A model generated the notes under the pieces. That model worked only from the letters and a program-made list of their open reading frames with translations. It was not told the DNA's origin and did no database searches. Below are positions 56,584 to 64,000 of a stretch of DNA of 64,000 nucleotides, piece after piece; position 1 is the stretch's first letter, and each line of letters starts with the position of its first letter. The position numbers and the translations under genes are program-made. This DNA comes from Candidatus Pelethousia sp. (GTDB lineage: Bacteria; Bacillota; Clostridia; Christensenellales; CAG-138): the NCBI GenBank assembly GCA_034933245.1, contig JAYFNX010000015.1, positions 6,127 to 70,126 of the forward strand, in the 5' to 3' direction.

Positions 56584-57693
56584 ATGAATCAGAAAGAATT
56601 TATTTCAAACAGACAAGCCATTGCTTTGCTCATTTTGTTTATTAACGGCGAGGCAAGCATTTATATTGAGGGGATAGCCGCCAAGAGCGATCTCTGGCTG
56701 GCGTTTCTAGGCGGCGTGGCCATGGCAATCCCTGTGATTCTCATGTTTGCCAGATTGCTTTCGCTTTTCCCGGGAAAGAATTTATTTGATATTATCGAAA
56801 TCTGCTTTGGAAAAATTTGGGGTAAGCTTTTTATCATCATATTTACCTGGTTTTGCTTTCATTCAATTTCCATCACATTAGAGGATTGGAGTTTTTTCGT
56901 CAGAAGTGTTGCGCTTTCCGAAACGCCGGCTTGGCCCATCGTCATTATTTTTGCCTTGCCTTGCATTTATGGGGTAAAAAAGGGGTTGGAGGTATTGGGC
57001 CGTTGGAGCGAGCTGTTTTTGCCCATCATCATTGCCGTGGTAATCGTTGTATTTCTTATGTTGCTTCCCAAATGCAATTGGAGCTATCTTGCCCCTGTGC
57101 TCTATGACGGAATTGCGCCGGTTGCCCATGGCGCGCTTTTAACCTTTATATTTCCTATGACTTATGTGGTGGGTTTTCTTACCGTGCTTCCACTTCAGAA
57201 AGATAAAAACTCATTTTATAAAGTCTTTCTTTTCGGCTTGCTCATAGGGGCCTTAATCCTATTTGTGATTTATATCGGCGTAATCTTGGTCCTGGGGCCT
57301 TATAATGCCGCTAGTTTTTATTATCCAAGCTATATAAAAGTATCGATGATCAACATCGGAAACTTCCTGCAAAGGCTGGATATTCTGACGGCAGTTGTGT
57401 ATGTATGCGGCATTTTTATTCAGACATGCGTTTTTCTTATGGGAGCTTGCAAGGGTTTTGCCAAACTGTTTGCCTTTTCGGATTACCGTTTTATCGTTTG
57501 GCCCATAGCCATTCTTGCAATTACGTTAGCCCTTTACGAGCCGGGAAGCGTTATGCATTATTTTGAATACGGCACGCAAGTTTGGCCTTATTATATTTTG
57601 CTATACGAAACGGTTTTCCCCTTTCTTGTGTGGGTCGTTGCCGAAATCAAAGTCCGCATTGCCAAAAAACGGCGGGCTGTGCCGGAATCATAG
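56584..57693 (+). CDS. spore germinant receptor B subunit (APC-fold permease)
   Basis: ISNRQ, D.WLA, FPGK, L.ETP, GLEVLGR.SE, FLQRLD; start MNQKE. Confidence 0.92.
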   Translation: MNQKEFISNRQAIALLILFINGEASIYIEGIAAKSDLWLAFLGGVAMAIPVILMFARLLSLFPGKNLFDIIEICFGKIWGKLFIIIFTWFCFHSISITLEDWSFFVRSVALSETPAWPIVIIFALPCIYGVKKGLEVLGRWSELFLPIIIAVVIVVFLMLLPKCNWSYLAPVLYDGIAPVAHGALLTFIFPMTYVVGFLTVLPLQKDKNSFYKVFLFGLLIGALILFVIYIGVILVLGPYNAASFYYPSYIKVSMINIGNFLQRLDILTAVVYVCGIFIQTCVFLMGACKGFAKLFAFSDYRFIVWPIAILAITLALYEPGSVMHYFEYGTQVWPYYILLYETVFPFLVWVVAEIKVRIAKKRRAVPES

Positions 57694-57779
57694 CTTGGTT
57701 TTGCATGGCCGAACGGATGCACGCATCGGCCCGTCGCATGGCTGCACAACCATAGCCGTATTCTTGCCGTTCTTTATTT

Positions 57780-58274
57780 TTAGCGATACCCCAAGATGTG
57801 AATGCAGCGCAACTTCTCAATGGAATAACTCCGTAAGGGGCGATCATCCGCGTCATAAGAGTGGGCGGCGATCAACACATTGTTGATCCCCGGCACCGGG
57901 CCAGTGGAAACAACAGCCAAGGTGTGTGTAAAATCCTCCCCCTTCAAAGCAAGCTGGATAAAATCGCCCGGCTCCACATTGCGCAGTTCAACCTCTTCCC
58001 CAAACGGTCCCGCTCCATGGTTAGCCGTCACAAAATTATAAAAGAACGGTACGCCCGTCCAGGATGCCGTGCGCTTGTTCCCGTCGATATAAAACCAGCC
58101 TGTTACAGGCGTATAATTCATTATCCCCGTGCCGGCATAGAGTACTTGGGAAGCAAAATTGGTGCAATCGCCACCCACTTTGGAAAAATCATAGTAGCTT
58201 GGGTTTCGCTCGTACGCCCATTTATGGGCATATTGCAAAGCTTTGTTCCGGTTATATATGCTAAATTTGCCCAT
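57780..58274 (-). CDS. Amidase_6-type (CHAP/NlpC-like) domain protein
   Basis: YNR.KA..YA.KWA..RNP.Y..F...GGDCTNFASQ.L.AG, PGD.IQ, H, AAHS; RBS AAGGAGG. Confidence 0.88.
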   Translation of the reverse strand: MGKFSIYNRNKALQYAHKWAYERNPSYYDFSKVGGDCTNFASQVLYAGTGIMNYTPVTGWFYIDGNKRTASWTGVPFFYNFVTANHGAGPFGEEVELRNVEPGDFIQLALKGEDFTHTLAVVSTGPVPGINNVLIAAHSYDADDRPLRSYSIEKLRCIHILGYR

Positions 58275-58485
58275 GGTCATCCTCCTTGCTCTATACTATA
58301 CGCATTTTGCCAACAAAGGTAACCCATCTATATTCTCGGGATGCGGTTAAGGCAAATGCCGGCGTATGCCCTTTAACATCCCATACGGACGGTTTTTTCG
58401 AGTCATCAAAGCGGGCTGTTCCCAGCGAATGTAATCATGCACTGTGAACAGCCCGCTATGGTTTGCTTGCAGGTATTATGTGCGC

Positions 58486-60507
58486 CTATACGATCAGCCG
58501 TACGTCGCCAATTACTACTTTATCCGCATAGGCAAACACAGGGTTCAGATCGGCTTCCTTGATATCGGGATACAGGAAAGGCACCTGGGAAAAATCTGCG
58601 ATGAGCTGTGCCAAGCCATCAACGTCCACAGGCGTTTGACCCCGGGCACCAGTGAGCACAGGAAAACAGCGGAGCCGCCGTATCATTTCCAGCGCGCCGT
58701 CCTTGGAAAGAGGGGCTATTTCCAGAACGATATCCTTGAAAATTTCGGTGAAGATACCACCCATACCAAAGGCTATCGTGGGACCGAACTGCGGATCACG
58801 GGTAAAGCCCAAGATGAATTCCTTCCCCGGTTTGAGCATAGGATAGACCATAACGCCCCGGAAATCATGCGCTGCGGCATTCTTTTGGATGCTTTCAAAT
58901 GCGCGCTCCGCTTCGGCATCGCTTTGAATATTCAGAATGACCCCGCCGAAGTCGGACTTGTGAATGATCCCGGGGGATACGACCTTGAAAACGACCGGAT
59001 AACCTAATTGCCGTCCGGCTTTAACCGCCTCGTCCCTTTCGCTTGCAAACATGCAAGCGGGCATGGGCAGCCCCACATCTTTCAAAAGGCTAACCGCCTG
59101 CGGCTCCAGAATTTGTTCGTGCTGCCAAGCGAGGGCATCCAGAGGCTTGGGGCGCGTGCATGCGCCAAGCTTGCGTTTCCGCTCTTCATAGCGATACATC
59201 CCCGCCAGTGTGCGGATTGCCCTCTCCGTGGAGGAAAAGTTGGGAAGGCCGCCTTCTCGTATCATCTGTATGCTTTGCGGGGCATAGAGTCCGGTTTCCA
59301 TAGCGCAGGCAACCGGCTTTTTTGCATGGCGGGCAGCGTCTATCATCCCTTGGGCCATGGGCCTGGTATCTAAATAAGGAGGGCCAAAGAAGATGGGCAG
59401 CGCCGCGTCATACGTTTCCAGCATGACTTCAATGCTTTTGCGGTAGTTCTCGCCCGTACCTTCCACCGTCAAATCAACCGGGTTGGCGTAGCCCGCAAAG
59501 GTCGGAAGAAACCGTCTAAGGCTTTCCTTGGTGTTTTCGCTGGATTCGGCTACGTTCATGCCCAGTTCTTCCGCCAGATCCGCCGTCATCACGCCGGGGC
59601 CGCCGGAGTTGGTGATGATGGCAACCCGGTTACCCGCCAGGGGAGGCAGGTATTGAAAGCCCTTGCAAAGGTCGATCAGCTCATCCAGGGACGCGGCTCT
59701 TATTGCGCCGCAGGCACGGATTGCAGCATCATACACCGCGTCGGATCCGGCCATGGAGCCTGTATGGGACTGGGCGGCTCGTTTGCCGGTGCCCGTCCTG
59801 CCGGATTTGATGACCACAACGGGTTTAACGGCCGCCAGATCCCGCAATGCCTCCATAAATGTGCGTCCATCGGCGATGTTCTCAATATAAAGGCCAACAA
59901 CGCCGGTTTCAGGATCATCCTTGAGATAGCGCAGGAAATCGGCCTGGTTAAGGTCAGCCCCATTTCCATAGCTGACGAATTTAGAAATGCCAAGGCCCTG
60001 GGTTTGTGCCCACTCCATAATAGCGCCGCCCACGGCGCCGCTTTGCGAGACGATAGCCGTACTCCCCTTGGGCGGATAAGCCTGCAACGTCACGCAGAGA
60101 TTATGGTGGGTGTTCAAAAGCCCCGCGCAATTGGGCCCGATGAAGGAAATACCGTACTTTTTGGCAATCTCCACGAGCTTTGCTTCACCTTCGCTATTTC
60201 CCGCCTCCGAAAATCCGGATGTAATTACGATAGCTGCTCTCACGCCTTTTTTTCCGCATGCTTCCAGAATGCCGGCCACCGTGGTCGCCGGGGAGGCGAT
60301 CAGCGCCAGGTCAATTTTCTCCGGGATTTCCGCGATATTGGAATAGCCGGCTATATCGTCGATCCCGATGCCTTTCGGATTAACGGCAAATAGTTTTTTA
60401 TATCCGGCCTGCGCTGCCTGCCGGATCATGATTCCCGCCAGTTTCCCTTCCGAAACGGAACCGAAGACCGCAACCCCTTGGGGGCAAAACAATTCCTGCA
60501 TTCCCAT
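58486..60507 (-). CDS. ADP-forming acyl-CoA synthetase (fused AcdAB)
   Basis: GPNC.G, SQSGA, SHTGSMAG (phospho-His), TNSGGPG, NPVD, C-terminal ATP-grasp HKSD.GGV, DLNP. Confidence 0.92.
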   Translation of the reverse strand: MGMQELFCPQGVAVFGSVSEGKLAGIMIRQAAQAGYKKLFAVNPKGIGIDDIAGYSNIAEIPEKIDLALIASPATTVAGILEACGKKGVRAAIVITSGFSEAGNSEGEAKLVEIAKKYGISFIGPNCAGLLNTHHNLCVTLQAYPPKGSTAIVSQSGAVGGAIMEWAQTQGLGISKFVSYGNGADLNQADFLRYLKDDPETGVVGLYIENIADGRTFMEALRDLAAVKPVVVIKSGRTGTGKRAAQSHTGSMAGSDAVYDAAIRACGAIRAASLDELIDLCKGFQYLPPLAGNRVAIITNSGGPGVMTADLAEELGMNVAESSENTKESLRRFLPTFAGYANPVDLTVEGTGENYRKSIEVMLETYDAALPIFFGPPYLDTRPMAQGMIDAARHAKKPVACAMETGLYAPQSIQMIREGGLPNFSSTERAIRTLAGMYRYEERKRKLGACTRPKPLDALAWQHEQILEPQAVSLLKDVGLPMPACMFASERDEAVKAGRQLGYPVVFKVVSPGIIHKSDFGGVILNIQSDAEAERAFESIQKNAAAHDFRGVMVYPMLKPGKEFILGFTRDPQFGPTIAFGMGGIFTEIFKDIVLEIAPLSKDGALEMIRRLRCFPVLTGARGQTPVDVDGLAQLIADFSQVPFLYPDIKEADLNPVFAYADKVVIGDVRLIV

Positions 60508-60529
60508 GTTGTTTGCGCTCCTTTCCGCC

Positions 60530-61138
60530 TCAGCAGGCAAATGATTCGGTTGCCTTATACCCCGCTTCCAGCGCAGTAAGGTTGGATTCTATAGCTTTGG
60601 GGAACATCCGGCGGATCGTCTCCGCCACATCGCTGTAGGAAACGAATTCCTGCAGGCGCGTACGGGCAAGGGCCACGCCAATGACGAACATATTGGCAAA
60701 TACCGTCCGCCCATTCAGCTCAGGCAGCATATCCTTCCCGATAAACAGGAGGTTCTTGGTAAACGGCTTAATTTCGTTCTGTACCATCTCCGCGGCAGGA
60801 TAGGCCGCCTTGTTGGTTAAAACCGCCGTAGTATACCAATTATCGTCAAATAATAGGAAATCCGAATCCTCCTTGGCAAACCGGACGCCTTTGAGCGCTT
60901 CCGAACGTTCCATGGCGATTACCAGATCCGCGCCTTTAGGCGGAAGCGCCGGCCCCAGCTTATCGCCAAGGCGAAGCTGGCCCTGCACAAAGCCACCTCG
61001 CTGGCTCATACCCTTCGTGGGGTAGAAATTTACGTCAATCCCCTTGCGGAGGGCTGCCTGGGAAAGAACGTCTCCAATGGTCAAGATGCCCTGCCCGCCC
61101 AGGCCTACCATGTAAATGTTGTAAGCCGCTTTGCTCAT
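60530..61138 (-). CDS. iorB: indolepyruvate/2-oxoacid:ferredoxin oxidoreductase beta subunit
   Basis: VGLGGQGIL, GMSQRGG.V, AD..IAME..EA, NM..IG, N..A..AG. Confidence 0.88.
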   Translation of the reverse strand: MSKAAYNIYMVGLGGQGILTIGDVLSQAALRKGIDVNFYPTKGMSQRGGFVQGQLRLGDKLGPALPPKGADLVIAMERSEALKGVRFAKEDSDFLLFDDNWYTTAVLTNKAAYPAAEMVQNEIKPFTKNLLFIGKDMLPELNGRTVFANMFVIGVALARTRLQEFVSYSDVAETIRRMFPKAIESNLTALEAGYKATESFAC

Positions 61139-63006
61139 TTTGCGATTTCCTCCTTTACAATAGCCTGTTTGGGGCATACGCCGGCGCAAAGCCCACATCC
61201 GGTGCAAATGCTGCTGTTGATTTCAATGCAGTTCTTGCCCATTGTAATGGCCGGACAGCCCGTGGTTTTGATGCAGAGATTACACTGGATGCATTTTTCG
61301 CTGTCAACCGTCATACGGCCGTATTTTACGCCCCTACGGTTGCTTTGAATGGCGCATTCCCTTCGTGCCAGAATGACCTTGAATCCCTTAATTTTAAGGC
61401 ACTGGCCCAAAATATCCACAAACTCTGCCTGGGCAAAGGGATCGGCCACAAACAGGTGCTTGATGCCCATGCCTTGGAGGATACCCAAAATATCCACATT
61501 ATGCAGCGCCGGATACTGGAATGCCTGCTGCGTATTGGGGTTCACCTGCATGCCCGTCATCGCCGTCCACCCGTTGTCCATAACGATGAGGGTAATATCC
61601 GTATCGTGTTGAACAGCATTGACGACACCCGGCATGCCACCATGCAGGAAGGTAGAATCGCCAATGGTTGCAAATACGGGCTTGTCCACGCCTGCAAAGT
61701 GGAAACCATGCGCGCAGGGAGTAGAGGCGCCCATGGAAATTTCCATCCAGATCGTATCAAAAGGAGGGTTCATTCCCAGGATGGTGCAGCCGATATCGCC
61801 GCAAACAATCACATCTTCCTGCTTGAATCCGGCCTTTTTTATGGCTTTATTCAGCGCCATGTAGGTGCCCCTGTGGGGGCAGCCAGCGCAGCAGGTAATG
61901 GGCCTGGGCAAGGATTTGGTCGCCGTCTCCGCTCCATTTTGGAGGAATTCCTTTGATAGGCGTTTACCATAGGCCGCGCATACGGCATCGGCAACCAAGG
62001 CCGCATGGAAGGACCCGACTCTGCTCAGGGTATCGTCCAGCTTTCCGATAATGCGGACGCGCTTGCCAAGCTTCTGCGCCTGCACATACACCTCACGCTC
62101 CATGTAGGGCTCCAGCTCCTCCGCTATCACTACCGTGTCGCAATGCTGGATCATTTCGCATATCTCTTCCGTGGGATATGGTACGGTGCAGGCAGCCTGC
62201 AGGGTGGAAACCTGGGAAACATCGCAACCATTATCCGTGGCTATCTGTAGCGCTTCCTCCAAATAGCTGTTGGTGACGCCGCTGGTGATGATACCAATAC
62301 CACCCTTGGAACCCAGGGACAACTTATGCAGCCCCTTGTTATGAATGATTTTACGTCCCTTTTCCAGGCCCCGAATCGCATCCATATGCTGGGCCATGCA
62401 CATCGCCGCGCCCGCCTTCGCATACTTGTTAATATCCCGTTTGACCACCGGCGCGCTGGCATCCGGCAACACACGCTCGTGAATCTCCGCCGCCGCGTGC
62501 GATTGGGCTACGCAGGTTACGGAACGCACGAATACCGGCATTTGCAGCTCCTCAGATAAATCAAAGGCATACCGTACCATATCGTAGGTTTCTTGCACGG
62601 TGGATGGTTCCAACATGACCATATCGCTCATGAGGGCAAAGCCCCTGGAATCCTGCTCGCACATGCCCGCGGAAGTTCCCGGATCATCCGCCACGTAGAC
62701 CACCATACCGCCAATTACGCCGGAATGGGCTATGCCTATCATAGAATCATAGGCCACGTTTAAACCGGACATTTTCATGGTGCATAGGGCACGCTTACCC
62801 GCCCATGCCGTTGTGGCCGCGATTTCCACCGCAACCTTTTCGTTGATGCTCCATTCGATATGCGTTCCGGGGAACGGCCCCATTTTTAGGAGCCTGTCTA
62901 TCACCTCGGAAGAAGGGGTTCCGGGATAACCGCAAATCGTCTTTACGCCCGCGCTTAAGGCGGCAAACCCAACTGCTTGGTTGCCGCTGATCATGTTCTT
63001 TGCCAT
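61135..63006 (-). CDS. iorA: indolepyruvate/2-oxoacid:ferredoxin oxidoreductase alpha subunit
   Basis: YPGTPSSE, NEKVA, K..GLNVA, DDPG, CAGCPH, GDIGC, IGDSTF.H.G (TPP), C-terminal 2x[4Fe-4S]. Confidence 0.92.
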   Translation of the reverse strand: MAKNMISGNQAVGFAALSAGVKTICGYPGTPSSEVIDRLLKMGPFPGTHIEWSINEKVAVEIAATTAWAGKRALCTMKMSGLNVAYDSMIGIAHSGVIGGMVVYVADDPGTSAGMCEQDSRGFALMSDMVMLEPSTVQETYDMVRYAFDLSEELQMPVFVRSVTCVAQSHAAAEIHERVLPDASAPVVKRDINKYAKAGAAMCMAQHMDAIRGLEKGRKIIHNKGLHKLSLGSKGGIGIITSGVTNSYLEEALQIATDNGCDVSQVSTLQAACTVPYPTEEICEMIQHCDTVVIAEELEPYMEREVYVQAQKLGKRVRIIGKLDDTLSRVGSFHAALVADAVCAAYGKRLSKEFLQNGAETATKSLPRPITCCAGCPHRGTYMALNKAIKKAGFKQEDVIVCGDIGCTILGMNPPFDTIWMEISMGASTPCAHGFHFAGVDKPVFATIGDSTFLHGGMPGVVNAVQHDTDITLIVMDNGWTAMTGMQVNPNTQQAFQYPALHNVDILGILQGMGIKHLFVADPFAQAEFVDILGQCLKIKGFKVILARRECAIQSNRRGVKYGRMTVDSEKCIQCNLCIKTTGCPAITMGKNCIEINSSICTGCGLCAGVCPKQAIVKEEIAK

Positions 63007-63037
63007 TGCGTTTCTCCAATCTTGAAAGTGGTAAGTT

Positions 63038-63682
63038 TTAACATTTTTCCAGGAAGCATTCGGCCAGGGTTTTTAATTGGTAATACATGGTTACGGCGCC
63101 AGGGTCAAGATGCCCCACACCCTTTGTCGCCTGATAATATGCCCGCCCACGGATAGCCTCCATATCCTTGGTGCTCTCCATGCCACGCTTCGCCGCCTGC
63201 TCCATCCGAAGCAACGCTTCCCGTTCGCCCGTCCCTCCGTCCAAAGCAGCTTGCAATTCATGTGCCGCAGTGTGCAGGGTATCGATCATGGTCTTCATGC
63301 CGGGCCCCGAGTTGCCCCGTTTGCATATGCCGTCCAGCATCGCCAATAGGACCGCAGAGAGCGCCGGTACATCCATCGCTTCCCGGTCGCCAATCGCTTT
63401 TGCGGCGCTGATATAACCGCTGCCATAAAGCACACCCGAAGAGCCGCCGATGGTGCTCATCATAAGCATGCCGATTTTTTTAAACATCTCGCAAAGAGGC
63501 ATGCGCGCCAATTCATCCTGGCATTCTACCAGCTTTTGAAACCCCATATTCAGATTTGCCCAATGGTCCCCATCACCGGTAGCAGCATCAAGCTCCGAAA
63601 TATAGTCTTTTTCTGTCTCAATCAATTTGGCTGCGCGCACGCAGTATTGCGCGTAATCGTTGCTATAAAAAGCAATGCTCAT
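63038..63682 (-). CDS. dhaL: dihydroxyacetone kinase ADP-binding subunit (DAK2)
   Basis: LDAATGDGDH..N, GGSSGVLYG, KTMID, GRA.Y, GHLDPGA. Confidence 0.92.
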   Translation of the reverse strand: MSIAFYSNDYAQYCVRAAKLIETEKDYISELDAATGDGDHWANLNMGFQKLVECQDELARMPLCEMFKKIGMLMMSTIGGSSGVLYGSGYISAAKAIGDREAMDVPALSAVLLAMLDGICKRGNSGPGMKTMIDTLHTAAHELQAALDGGTGEREALLRMEQAAKRGMESTKDMEAIRGRAYYQATKGVGHLDPGAVTMYYQLKTLAECFLEKC

Positions 63683-63826
63683 TGTTTTAAGCCCTCCTTT
63701 TATAGATTTTTTGCGAAAAAATTCCCTAAGGCCTTACAAAAGGCAAGCAATGCTTGCTCCTATGCGTTCTTTTGCAGGCTTGTTCAGGGAAAGTGTGGCA
63801 ACTATAGCGGTTGCCGCTCCGCTATT

Positions 63827-64000
63827 CTACTGTTTTAGCGCCGGCGTATGACAGGGTGCGTCAAGCAAGGTTTTCAGCTCATCATCCAGCTTAAGCAAGC
63901 TGATGGAGCAGCCGGACATTTCCAGGGACGTCATGTAGTTTCCTACATAAGAACGATATACGCGAATACCCTTCGATTCCAGATAGTCACATACGTCATT
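63827..64000 (-). CDS. dhaK: dihydroxyacetone kinase substrate-binding subunit (DAK1), C-terminal part, truncated by the window edge
   Basis: ...KGIRVYRSYVGNYMTSLEMSGCSISLLKLDDELKTLLDAPCHTPALKQ*. Confidence 0.88.
   Translation of the reverse strand, partial: NDVCDYLESKGIRVYRSYVGNYMTSLEMSGCSISLLKLDDELKTLLDAPCHTPALKQ

Overview
A 64 kb chromosomal segment from a GC-rich, spore-forming member of the Clostridia; the gene content suggests this group, and finer placement is not possible from the sequence alone. I see no rRNA, tRNA, CRISPR array, transposase, integrase or phage structural genes. From left to right: (1) a CymR/Rrf2-box promoter, an apparently decayed cysK, then cysE, a DAGK-family kinase, a PAP2-like protein and a TauE protein; (2) ppdK and the conserved Firmicute block ireB-ruvX-DUF1292-yqfC-yqfD-phoH-HD/7TM-ybeY-cdd-era-recO, with an unannotated, inverted YqzL-like gene; (3) a PQQ-like propeller protein, a long HflX carrying an N-terminal JAMM-like motif, tmk and a small membrane gene; (4) a divergent pair made of an XRE-S24 (LexA-like) repressor whose catalytic Ser/Lys align to Cys/Arg, and a 69-aa membrane protein ending in -LAA, expressed from a consensus promoter whose spacer is a palindrome; (5) DUF362, an Fe-ADH and a DMT transporter; (6) a galactose cluster, mglBAC-lacI-GH13-galK-galE; (7) pepV and an uncharacterised PucR-linked catabolic operon (DUF1177, nitrilase, two DUF917 genes, Opp/Dpp ABC); (8) a LytTR/GHKL pair, an SSS symporter, an AlkD-like protein, a germinant receptor operon and an amidase; (9) a dhaK-dhaL-iorA-iorB-ADP-forming acyl-CoA ligase operon, cut by the window edge. 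The strongest candidates for undescribed biology are the Cys/Arg LexA-like switch, the DUF917/DUF1177 pathway, the JAMM-HflX fusion and the dhaKL-Ior-Acd pathway. All family assignments come from motif recognition by eye; no database searches were run.
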